64,000 nucleotides of DNA, taken from contig OZ316896.1 of the NCBI GenBank assembly GCA_973895155.1, positions 3,162,001-3,226,000 of the forward strand. The letters are read 5' to 3'. This stretch comes from Marsupella aquatica. Taxonomy: Eukaryota; Plantae; Marchantiophyta. This document shows, in pieces, positions 47,801 through 60,200 of the stretch. The translations under genes were made by a program, and so were the position numbers. Numbering within the stretch: the first letter of the stretch is position 1; each line of letters starts with the position of its first letter. Below the pieces are notes generated by a model. The model saw only the letters and a program-made list of their open reading frames with translations, did no database searches and was not told where the DNA came from.

Positions 47801-49890
47801 CATTGGCGTTTGCTATCCTGATAAGAGTGGCAGAAATGTCATTATATTCGAATGAAAGTGCGAATGTAAATGGTTCTAATTAATTTTGTGCGACCCAGTT
47901 TTTGTTTCTGGCGATTGTTGGTAGACACGTTAGACGCTTTCCCGAACGTCCTCCATAGAATGTCACGTACGTATTTTTTTGATGGTTCCTTTCATCTTGA
48001 AATAACTGTTTGACAGGTGGAGATAGCTGCAAATAGAAGTCAAGAAGATGCCAGAACTCTTTATGTTCTCAGCTAGCTATCAAGTTGGTTTCTCTCGTTG
48101 TGTTAAGCCGTGATAATGTGAAGGCTTGAGTCAAGCTCTGCAAAGTTAACGACTTATTGCAATTCATCAAAGTTGCACTAAAGTTAGCCCGCCAAAGTTA
48201 TGCATCCGCTTTCAAGGGAATTCATTGTCATCTCAAGGCCTTCGCGATATTTTGCTGGACAGCAAGTAGTCCGAGCTAGTGTGATGTTGACACTTCATGT
48301 TTACTTTGTTTCTCTAACCGAAATGTGTTCCAGACTGGAGAATTTTTGGATGTAGCAATTTATCCTTAAGCCCCGCACCCTAGCTCCTCATCAATAAATG
48401 TCGCGATTCATCAGATTTTACGTCGGTTGATTTGTCGCTCTGGTGATACGCTTTGCGCTTGTAGTAGCGTTAGTATGATAAAGCTATTTAATCCGTTCTG
48501 GGGGCCCAGTACAGTAAATTCAAATGAGGTGATCTGAACAGGTTGATATTCTTCGTATCAGCAAAAATATACTTGGCTATAATTCGATCAATTCGTTCAT
48601 GTAGTCTCGCATTCCGACTCCGACGATCTTTTGTTTAATATGACAGACTTTTGCTCGTTGGGTGAGTGTTTGTTTCAACACTCCCTTGCACCAGGCACTA
48701 GTTTTCTTACTACCTGTTTAGGAAAGTTGGGGAAGAGGAATGGACAAACGAGAAGACAGAAGGGGTTAGACAGAGAACTCATCAGAGAGTGAGATTTGTT
48801 AGACTTGGAGGAAGATCCTAGTCGCTGTGGAAGCAAGATTCACTCACCTAGCTTGCAGACACTTCCTTGAACTGGTCGACAGTTTCAGGACGGGAAGTAT
48901 AGAGGCCGGAAATTGCTGAGATTCAACTGGACTAAAATTGCTCTCATATGGCTTTGGAATTAATGCTCTTTTTGTTTGCCTTATCATCTTCACCTCGTCG
49001 AGTTGAGGCTCGGGCCACAGCCTCGTTCCTAAGGGATGGCCGTCAATTGGAGAGACTTAGGAAACGTCCATCCCTGAACTTCATTAAACAAGCTAGAGCC
49101 GAAAAACTCTTTTAGGGGTACGTGAGTCGTCTCCTATACTGCTCGCCCAGCTTAAATGTTCGCAATTGTTGTCACTGCCTACAATGAGATGTCTTCCTTC
49201 AACATGTACATAAATCACGACGTCCCACGATCAAGATCACAAAAGCTTTCTTCAACGTCGCCGATGACTTTCTAAAAATTTCAAACACGAACGTACGTAC
49301 ACTGAGTTCTACCTTCCCAGATCGTAATCCCAGTTCGTTGCTTTGTTCCATCATTCAGCTCCTTTCTGTCCAAGAACAAAGCAAACTGGGAAGTAACCTC
49401 TCGGCGGCCGTTCAGGCCGAGCCACATTTAATTCCGGAAGCTAGAGAGAACTTACTTTCAACCTTGTGAATGCACCCTCTTTATGACGCGGCGTCCTTAC
49501 ACCACGTCGTTGCAAAACGATGACTGGGAACTAAAGTGAATCTCAAATGAATGATCGTTTTTTCTTTGATTTAGCCAGTAACGTGACCGAGGCGTAACAA
49601 TTTCGAACAAGAATTCACAGTTCTACCTTCCGAGATCGCAATCTCAGTTCGTTGCTTCGTTGCTTCCCTCCAGCATTCCTTTCTGTCCAAGAGCAAAGCA
49701 AACTCGAAAGTAACCTCTGGTGGCCGTTCCAGCCGAGCCGTATTTAAATTCCGGAGGAGAAAGGTTCCTTTCTCGACCTAACTGTGAATGCATACTCTCT
49801 ATCACGCGGCGTGCATTTGGGAGACGTTCAGATCACTCGAGATTCACCAGGTCGTTGGACGACGATGAATGTGAACTAAAGTGAATATAT

Positions 49891-50244
49891 TGTTAGTCAG
49901 AGTACAGAGCTGAGTAGACAAAGCCCTAAAGCCCAGCGATCGCCCAGAAAACCAATCATCTGCACAAACTCTCAAAATTTAAACCAACTGGCTTTAGTAA
50001 GTTGGCTAAGGGATAAGAAGTATATGTGTGTGGGTGGGAATTGTGATTGTTTGCTCCGCCCTTGGTTGTCCATTTTGTTGCTCTGACTTAATCCTCTCTC
50101 GGTTGTGGATCCGTGTGGGCTCACCCTGAAATGGGTAATCAATTAATGTATCTCATATTGGGGTGAGGGGAGTCTTCCTCATCTCTGATCAAGAAAAAAA
50201 ACAAATATAGTATGCGTCGCCATGCATTTGAGTGACTGCTAACG
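49891..50244. mobile_element. Possible degenerate solo LTR
   Basis: Begins TGTTAG and ends ...CTAACG. It interrupts sequence that is continuous in the other STIG1 upstream copies. No TSD seen. Confidence 0.35.
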
Positions 50245-50770
50245 ACCCACGTTCGTCTCTCACTTTTATTCATGAACTTGGGTATAAGCAGAAAGGCAGT
50301 ATTCTTTTATTCATGAACTTCGGTATAAGCAGAAACGGAAAAATTGAGAACCAAAATAACATGAAAGCCACAGCCGGAAAAGGCAGCCCCGGCGAATACT
50401 GAGAAGAGGATCGTGGCCGGTCGCCTCGAATTGTCTGGAAAGCGTCAACAAACTCGATCATGGCATTAGTTTATACCAGAAATCACGTACATTCTCGCTA
50501 AAGCAAAAAGCGCGCGATGCCGGGGCGTGATCCGGATGTCAGGAATGTTTAAAAGCCGCAGCACTTCGACAGGGAAGCTCATCGATCTAAGGCTCACTCC
50601 CAGCACAGTAGCCATATATCGCACCCTGTCACCTGAGGATCTAGTAAGTACATAAACCTTACTAAGGATCTACTCCAGCATCGCTACTGTACACCGGGAT
50701 TGAGCGCCAGGTCTCTCTCGATCTCTTCCTCTCGCTACTTGCTAGCTAGCTCCATCCAATCGATCGTCCA

Positions 50771-51178
50771 ATGGCCTACCGCGGGACGCTGCTATCTCTC
50801 CTGCTCGTGGCACTTGCGGCAGGCGTGGTCATAGATGGTGTGAACGGCGACTCTTCGTTTGTCCGGCGCCGACTGGCTGGACAGGAGACTGGTGTGCCAG
50901 GTGCAGCGTCCACTAACTGCCTTATTCCATGCCTATCGCCCTTCTCCTGCTGCAAACTTCCAAACACCGGAATTCTCCCAGGCCTTTGCATTAACACCGG
51001 GACCGACCCGTTGAACTGCGGAATCTGCGGTAATGTTTGCCCTCTCGGTTCAATTTGCTGCAAAGGTAAGTGCACGAATTTTCTCAACGACCCCAACAAC
51101 TGTGGAGGTTGCGGCGACAAGTTCAAGTGCCCATTGAAGGACGTATGCAAGTTTGGCATGTGCAAGTATGCCGCATAG
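50771..51178 (+). CDS. STIG1-family secreted cysteine-rich peptide, subtype B (135 aa)
   Basis: Identical to the 44450-44857 product except one E/D change in the pro-region. Confidence 0.88.
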   Translation: MAYRGTLLSLLLVALAAGVVIDGVNGDSSFVRRRLAGQETGVPGAASTNCLIPCLSPFSCCKLPNTGILPGLCINTGTDPLNCGICGNVCPLGSICCKGKCTNFLNDPNNCGGCGDKFKCPLKDVCKFGMCKYAA

Positions 51179-54100
51179 GCTCGCAGGATGCATCCAAGCT
51201 GGAGCGTGGGTTCATAGACTACGATGTACCGAGCAGGAAAAGATTCGAACAAAGTCGGAGCTGTGTCGCGTCGATGAATCTGTCAACGCAAGCGTGGTAC
51301 AAATACCAATAAATGGTCACGGGACGACATGGCAAGAAGGGCAGCCCCGAGGGCAGCTAGAACTATCCAATTAAACCTGAAGTAGGGAACGAGTCAGATC
51401 ATTTTCTACAATTAGGCGATATGACAATGAAAGCTAGCGATTTAGTCATCAGTGGATAAGTCAGTCACCAATTTGCCACCAGGCCATACGTAGACGAGTT
51501 GTATGAGTAGATTCTCATGAATCGTTACGTAAGAATCTGGTCTCTGTTTGGCAATGAATCAATTAATCGTTGATTTACTAGAAGACAATTCCTGTGTCCC
51601 AGTAAAAAATAAGCTCGTTTGTTCGATAGAAGTAAGATATGGCCTCGTTTGTATTCTGCTCAGCTTGCGATTTGCCGCTAACATTAATATACCTTGTCCA
51701 ACTCGTCAATAAAGTATGAAATCTGATTCCCTTGTCTGACTCTACGCTGAGTTCTTGTGAAATTTGAAAAATTGACTGTTGAATTTGAAAGAAATGGACG
51801 CTGCTGTCAAGTCGACAGGGGGCTGCATCGTAGAGGCTTCGTGCTAAGGGCCGTCTTGCATGTAGACGGTCCTTCAAAAAACGGCCTTTGATACAAACGG
51901 TGGCAGCCCCTGAGGGAACAAAACTGCCCCCTGAACGAGGCCGTCTTGACGGCACTAAGAGACAACTCGCATGTTAGAAGACCGTCCTTAACACTCCCGA
52001 GTCTGCAGGCGCAAAGCAAGGGCTGCTATCCCACAAAATCTGCCAAGCTGCTACGTGTCAACCTGCACATTCCGTTACGTGTCCGCGCTTGTCGTTTACC
52101 TCTGCAGATTATACAGGCCACGGCAGCCAGTTCGTGTGAGGACCTGCAAAATGCTGCCTCCGAAACTGCGTGCGCTGCCGTTCTTATCTGACTTTTCACA
52201 TTGGCTGTTGGTCACCTCTAATCTGCTCCAGCATCGCTTTGCTGAATTGCGCTACGACTTGGGGACATCAGGAAGTTCACGATTGACAAGTTCCACTTCG
52301 ATCGGAAGTTTTTCTGTGTCCGTTTCAATTTCAAAGAGGTAAGAACAGCACCATGACTGTGAACGTCGAACGTTAGTCAAAGAGTCTTATGAACAAATAG
52401 CTGGATACATCGCCTTTCCAAAATGTACACTCTATTCCGAAGACGATTCATTCTAATGAAATCAATGGCTCGCTCAGAAGGCAGTCTGTCTACGGTGGTC
52501 TGGCACAGGCAGTAGAAGAACTTCTATTGGATTCGCGTAAGGGAAGAGTAAGACCGTCCTCGCGTGTTCGCCAATATTCGGTGGTTCTTTCCTGTGAGAG
52601 TGGCTGGGTGTGAGAGGTCGAATCTTGCGGTAGATTTCGGTGAATGGGTGAGACGAAATTCTGGGGGAACAGACCGTCATCACAGTTTTGAGCATTTGGT
52701 TTGGCTCAAGGCGTTCACGCACTCATTTACTAGAGTGGCTGATTCATTCATTCAGCTGAGGCTCGGCTTTGGTCTGTCTGAAGGCACTGCGTCTTCTCAC
52801 AATCTATGTGACGGATTCGTGAGGGAGTCAATTGGACAAGGAAGGAGAGTTCACGCTTCGATCTAAAGTGAGCTTTGAGTCCGGTGAGCATCCGCATTTG
52901 TGTCTACCTGTCTTCTGTGAGGCTTTGCCAGAAGGCAATTCAATCACTTGTTCAATGGGTTTCACATTCATTAATTCGTTCTCTGGCTTTTTCTTCTCTG
53001 TAGTTCCTTGCTCCGTAAAGGGAAGAGTAATATACAGAGAGAGAGAGAGATAGACTTTGCAAACCATTAAATTCGGCGACATTAACATTTAGATAAGGAA
53101 TCTTCCTGGCATCTCGTCCTTTACACAAGGTGACATTACCCACACTTGCGAAAAGAACAACCTTAAAAAATTGGCTGGTATCGTAAATCTTCCAAATTCA
53201 GCGTCGCAGTGTGATGCAACACGAGGAAATGGGCTCTGGATCCGAGGAAGCAGATACAGCAGTAGCACAGTAGAAAGCACGTCAATACCTTGTTCCCAGC
53301 AATTGCACCAATTGCAACCGAAACAGCGCTCTGCTTTTGCAAATCCGAATGTGCCTCTGTGAATCGTATTCACCCGTTTAGGGTTCCTTTGTAGATGTTG
53401 TCGTTTCAGTTTGGGGAGGAAATAACCTCCAGGAAGCTCTTCTCCGTGTGCGTAGCATTTCTCCAGCACTCCAGCAGTCCCGAGCGGCTTCAGCAAAGAT
53501 AAATCTATGCCGCCCGATCCCAATTGCAGAGAGTTCTGTAATCAGAAGTAATGACGTTGCGCTTCATCAATTTGTTTCGGGACTCGCGTTCGTACCCAGA
53601 ACACCCGCATTGCAGTTTGAGCTGCCAGTCTTGACATGCAATTAAACCCACTGATGGCATAGTGCAGCTACGTGAAGACCTGAGGGAGATGAGGTCAACG
53701 CAGAACCTCCCCGACGATTTACGACCGGTTCTTGAAATACGTGCTGCCATCGTTAGAAGAAGAATGCCAACCATAGCTCTCTGGGGTCTATTGCTCTTAG
53801 CAAAGCCATTGAAATTCAATTTTTGTTAAGCCATGATTGTGCAAGCTCCGGAAATCGCTGATTGTGCAGGCTTCGAAAGTGCAACAGACATTTTTGCGAC
53901 TAGGTCTCAAATGCCTTTTGACCTTCACACGCAGGTTAGAGCAGTAGTGCTTGTTGTTATGGAGGCAGGCATTTTGTTTATATATATACTCATTTTGTTT
54001 AGATATCTTACTAGTAAAGCGCGAACAGAAGCTACTATTCACGCCCTACGGCCAAGAGTGAAGCCGCCCTACGGCCTAGAGTGAAGCCTCTAGACCGTAA

Positions 54101-54486
54101 CTAAATTGGGGGGCGTACGTAAATTGGGGGTGTGGGTGAAAAAATGAGGGGTGAGTAACTTTGTGCAGAATGGGGAGCGCGGAATAGGTTTGAAACTATC
54201 TCAAAGAGGGCGGGGCAGTGCGTCTGGCAATGGGAATGTGTGGGATCGGAGCTGCTGGATCTGGCGATGTCATACGGGAATGCGTGGGAGCTGTGTGGAT
54301 CTGGTGATGGCAGACGGGGAAGCGTGGGAGCTATGAGTGAATCAAGGGAAGTTGGATCTGGCGATGGCAAACAGGAAAGGGTGGGAGCTAATTATCGAAT
54401 GCAAGGGAAGTTTAAAGTTCTCTGTTTGATTTTGAATTCCTCCCTTTGATTTCTAGAGTTCTCCGTGAATGGACTACTATGTGTTC

Positions 54487-54678
54487 CCGTGGACATGATT
54501 TATCGATCGCCAAATCCTTTGCAGGTATATGGTGCTGCACCAAAAATGTAGCAAGTATATATATACTTGCTGGCAACCGTGGACATGATTTATCGATCGC
54601 CAAATCCTTTGCAGGTATATGGTGCTGCACCAAAAACGTAGCAAGTATATATACACTTGCTGGCAACCGTGGACATGA
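54487..54678. repeat. 90-bp tandem repeat (2.1 copies)
   Basis: CCGTGGACATGA at 54487, 54577 and 54667; the two full units are near-identical. Confidence 0.9.
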
Positions 54679-57246
54679 CATTTATCGACGCCGGATCCTT
54701 TGGCTAGCAGCGAGCGAGGCAGCGAGAGTCTCTCCCTTGCTCGAATTCCTTTCTTTCAACTACGTACATTAGCTATTGGCAACATTTCTCTGTCTGCTGT
54801 GTGTCACCGCTTTGTAATGGTCAACAATCGGAATCTTCTTTCCAACAAAAAGTGGGAACAAGTTCGAAACTCTTCTGTATCAGGTATTCTTCCTAAGAAC
54901 GCATTTTGCAACTCATTTGAACTGGCCCTTTGTCTCATTGTCTCGGTCAGCTCAGCTAGACAGGCCAGTCTCTCTCCATTTCCATCAGTAGCTATGCGTA
55001 GAGAATACATTGTAAATATTTTGCCCCTTTCATTTTACTCAGATGAAGAGCGTGCACAGGAGAGAATAGTGTAGAGGAGAGGAGAGGAGAGGAGCTAAAC
55101 GATGACACTACTTTTTCTCTCTCTTCAGCTCTTAGCTGCACATATGGAAACTGGCGGAATGTGCTTGCTCGGGTTTAGGATACAGCATGAATTGAATAGA
55201 CGACATGAATTGAATATGTTTTTGGTTCTGATGGAGATTTGACACGTCCCTTCCTTTCTTTAATTTCCTCCATGAATTATGCCTGAAAGACAATTTCCTA
55301 CGCCTTCACTAGGTTCAGCATCAGCTGTCGACTTTACCAGCAGTACTCAGGCTAGGAAAAGGGGCTTATCTCAGGATTTGCAAAGGTTCAGTATCAGCTG
55401 TCGAGTTTTCCAGCAGTACTCAAGCTGGGAAAAGGGGCTTATCTCAGGATTTGCAAAATACGGTTTTCTGCCAGGGCAAAATCAAGGGCTCCCTTTGATC
55501 CAACACAACGGCTTCAGACTCGGCCCTGCTCATGCCTTCCTGGGCATTTATTGAAGGGGAAGAACCCAAGACCAAGCCTGTGACTGCAGCGGAGTGATTT
55601 GCAGTTGATTGAAGACTGAACCATCCAGCCTGCTGATTGAAGACTGAACCATCCAGCCTGCTGATTGAAAACTGATGCATCCAGCCTGCCCTCACGTAAG
55701 TGAAATTTTTACGCTGATAGATTGATGTCTGTAAATTATTAAATATTGAGGCCAGACCACTAATATTCAGGTTGAAGATCGGGTGCAGCAGAGACTAGAG
55801 AGATGAAGAGCAGAGAAAGAGAGAAAGCCTAAGATTGAAAAGTGTGAAAAACTGCATGAGCTTTCTGAGATTTCAATCGAGTGAAGAGCCAGCTATATTC
55901 CCAAAGCTAGCTGAGAAAGGATACTGTGGTTGTCTCTTATGATGTTTTGTGGAAGTTGCTGCAGGCAGACGGAGCTAAAGTGTTCGTGTGGATCAAGGTC
56001 CAAGCTAAGTGAATTCTGGTAAGCAAACAAACTATTCGAATCTTTCCAAGCAATCTTAATGATTAATATATTATGTACTAAGGTCTAAACAATATAGATT
56101 CTAGACTTTCGGCTGATTGTGTTGCCTTTCTTTAGATCCCTTTCTTTAGATCCCTATCAAAATAATTAATATTTTGAAAAGGACCACATGCTGCAGTGGA
56201 GTTGTCAAGAATAAATTGTTGTTTTTCATTGTTGGAGTCATCAGGAATAAATTGTTGCTTTTCATTGTTGTTACTGTACGCTTTCTTCATTATTTTATGG
56301 CTGATGCACTTGGTTTCTTTTTGTTTTGGTACTCTATTACGAGATGGTGTTGTCTCGGGTATTGTGAGATCTCAGGCTATGGGACATCGGAGCTGATGAA
56401 CTGATTTGTTGAATGGGAGCAATTTCATCATAATTTCATTACACTTTCCTCATTCATCCAGCATGATGGAGGACCCCGCAGTGCTATCATTCCAGATTTG
56501 CAGTCATGGGCGCAAGCATCATATTGTCGCCAATGTGACACTCCTGTTCTTTTATTTTTAAAGGGGACATACGCCCTGGAACTTTGTTAGTGGGACTTTA
56601 TATGGCCTTGGAGGTAGTTTCAATGCTTATCTTAGCAGTTCCCATTTCCGATACTAAAGATAGTGCTTGACTGGTGTGAGACAAAATTGAGCAAACACTA
56701 TAGAGAGTAGACAAGATGTGATTCCCTGATGTGCTATAACAGATGGAAAGACAAAGATAGTAACATCTATAGGTGATTATTGTAGAGACATTGGCATCAG
56801 GCTAGGGGTTGTGTCACTAATTATAGAGTAGACAAGAAGACAATTAGGACAGTAGTTGATGAAGGCCAGGGATAACATAGTTGAGATCATGCTAGACATG
56901 ATTTTGTATGACATTACATCATGTCATGTATTATGAAACTATTTATGAATAAATCTGACACATTCTTGATACTTGATACAATTTCTTATCGAATGTGTCG
57001 TGTTGTATTTTGTAGATAATTGATGATCAATAGATTTTCAACAATGGCAAACGAAAGGGTCCTTAATGACATTACTAATTTGTCCACCATTGAACAAGTT
57101 CACTCTTCCACAAGGTATTGAATATGAATATAACTAACACTATTGTTTTCATTCATTCTATTCTATTCTATATAAAAATTAACAATTAAATTTTGTTTAC
57201 TTTCTAAAGTAACTTATATTTAATTGAATGTTCATTTTATGTTTAG

Positions 57247-60200
57247 GTCTGCTGATTATACCCTTATTAGAGATGGAAGGCAACATAGTCTCATCAATGA
57301 ACCGAGACAAGAAGGAAGTGTTCCGATCGCAAGAGTAGATCTCTCATATGAAATTGAGGAGCCCTACGAGTTTGAAGGACCAGCACGAGTATCGTTGAGA
57401 CCTGGTGATACTATTGATACAGTCAGAAGAGCCAATAGAGCAAAATACATGCAAGAATGCCGTGCACAACAAAAAGCTAAAAATATACATGTACAAGTGG
57501 ACGAAGGAGTTAGTGAGCCGAATAGAGCAGCCAAGCGGGCTAAACAACAACAGGAGCGATGAGCAATTAAAAAAGTAACAGCAAACACTGCAGTCGTTCT
57601 AGAGGATGCATGAGTGCTTCATATCAGGTATTTAATTTTGTTTTTAAATTTAATGCATTTTTGCATGGGTTATAGTATTTGATGTACAAACAATATTGGT
57701 TGTTAATATACATTTTTTATCAAAATGTATTTTATAGGGAGTTGCCAGTTGGTGAAGATGTACAACCACTTTCCATGTAAGTTTCTTTTGTTACAAATTT
57801 AATAATTTACGTCTAGTCTTTTCTAGACGTGAATTATTAAATTTGTAACAAAAGAAACTCTTTGATCCTCATGTTTAGGAAGTCAAGTGGTCTAACGAAT
57901 CTTATATCACTAAGTAAACGCAAATTTATATTGATGTATATAGGGACCCATTTATTGGTGACAATGTTCCAGAACCTCCACACCCAGGTACTTCAAATCA
58001 ATGTTTAACATTGGTTGCAAATGATCCATCTCCGACGTAAGTTTCTTTATGTTATAACTTTTTATATTTTTATAATATAATTATTTTTTGGACATGACTA
58101 TAATTGATATTTTAAAAACAATTGTGAATGATTGATATTTTTACAGATTACCCATGCCACTCATTCGAAGAACCCTTCGAGATGAACAAATGTTTGCTAG
58201 AGCGAGCAGAGGGACAAAGAAATAGACATGCAATGAGGACTGACCAACCTCAGAATATTGCTGAAGAAATAGTCCCCCGTGTGATACAACATGGGTCTAC
58301 CTCTAGATATGAATTAAATTTATTATTTTCATATTAATTGTGAGAAAACTTTTAGTTTTGAATTGAATATAATAGTTTATGTTGTTTTTGTTCATTATAG
58401 GGGACCGCTTCCAGATGAAGATATCATAGTGTCTTCACAAATCAAGATCAACCCACCACCCCGACGCACAAGTTGTATCGCACGCCTCCCAACTATGTAT
58501 GTTAACATTTGTTGAATTTTAGTGGATAGATTAAACTTATAGCCTTATTGTTTGACTTTTAATTATATTTTTTAGTTTTTTATTTTGTTAAATTATTTGT
58601 TGTTAGAGGATTGATTGTATTTTTGAGTTGGTTCTTTAATTAGGAATATGATTTAACTAACACTAGCTATTCATTTTTTCAGCAACATAGCATGTTGTCG
58701 CATATTTGATCAACAACATGTATTTCACTTGAAGCTACAAGGTCAAATCAATCAAGAGAGTGGTCATCATTACCTTGGGCGGATAAATGTGGTATGCCCA
58801 TCAAATAAGGCATTGCATTGGAGGGGGGAGAAAGTAAGTTCTACAAAATTCAAAGACTCTCCATTTCGCAAGTGTTGTAATCATGGTAGGGTGGATTTAC
58901 CACCATTGAGATCTCTTCCTCCATTCTTGGCATCATTGGTCTCAAGTGAAGGACCAACCAGTAAAAAGTTTTTGAGTCACATCTGAGCTTATAACTCTGC
59001 ACTTCAGCTTGCATCCACCGGTGCTAACATGTCTGGAGAAGTACATGGCGACATAAAACATCTTCACATTCAAGGTGGGATCTATCATTCTATTGGTCCT
59101 CTATATCTTGAGGTAGGACAACCCCCAAAATTTGCTCAACTTTATATTTATGACACTGAGCACGAAATAGAGAATAGAGGAAGGGTTATTACTAATGGTA
59201 TTGAGATTGAGACCTTGAGAGGATTACAGAATCTTATGCGCGAGTATAATGCATATGTGAAATCATTTCAAGCTATAGCATGTGAGGTTGGTAGTCAAAA
59301 TGTGCGCATAGTACTAAAAGCTAGCGAGAGAGGTCTTGATGCTAGACATTATAACTTGCCGGTAGCATCGAAGGTCGCAATCATTATTCCTGGAGATGGA
59401 AGTGAGGAAGTTGGTCCACGTGATATAATTGTATACTTGCATGGAGGAGGAGTTTGTCGTATATCGGACCTCAATCAGGCATATATTCCTTTGCATTTCG
59501 CTCTACTATTTCCATACGGTGAGGCAGGATGGCATTTAGGCATTCAGAAACGTAATTCTTCTATAGTAGAAGAGAATGTTGCTATGAAAAGTGAAGAGGG
59601 TGTGGTGGAGGATATTATTCATGGGAGAGCCTACAACGACATGATAGATAATGATACACATGCAGATACAAGGACAAGGAATATAACCCCTTTGGAGATT
59701 GCTTCATTTAGGCTTCATACAAGGGAGGATAATCCTACAATGTGCATGGATGGTAGTAGGTTGACACGTTTTGATCGGCTTTATCAAGAGTACATGATGG
59801 ATTTTTATGCCACTATTGAGAGCCAGAGGTTGACCTACATACGTACCCATCAACCTCAATTGAGGACGCATCTATATCAATGGGTTCAAGATGCAGTGAC
59901 GAGGCATGATCATGATGCAGCAGACATTGGAAGATGCATCATCTTACCTTCAAGCTTCATAGGGGGTCCACGCCATATGCACCAGTTATTTCAGGATGCC
60001 ATGGCTATTGTTAGGCATTTTGGCAAGCCTGATTTTTTCTTGACAATGACATGCAATCTTGCGTGGAAGGAGGTCACAGACGAATTGGTATGTAGCAATC
60101 AAAAAGCGGCTAATCATTCTGACTTGATTGCTCGAGTGTTTGAACAGAAGAAGAAGGCATTGTTAGATCTGCTAAAAAATTAGAAGATTTTGGGTAAGTG

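Larger units (their letters stand above)
43791..51789. repeat. ~8-kb inverted duplication (arms ~43791-46585 and ~47775-51789; ~1.2-kb spacer)
   Basis: Reverse-complement matches along both arms, e.g. TTCAAATTCAACA/TGTTGAATTTGAA, GGAACGAGGCTGTGGCCCGAGCCTCA and its reverse complement at ~49004, and GCATCCCGTCTCC/GGAGACGGGATGC. Confidence 0.9.

Noticed and set aside
54005-54100. Candidate Helitron terminus (ACTAGT at ~54010; TCTAG at ~54089)
   Set aside because: No clear subterminal GC hairpin or A|T insertion context; the boundary cannot be determined without sister copies.
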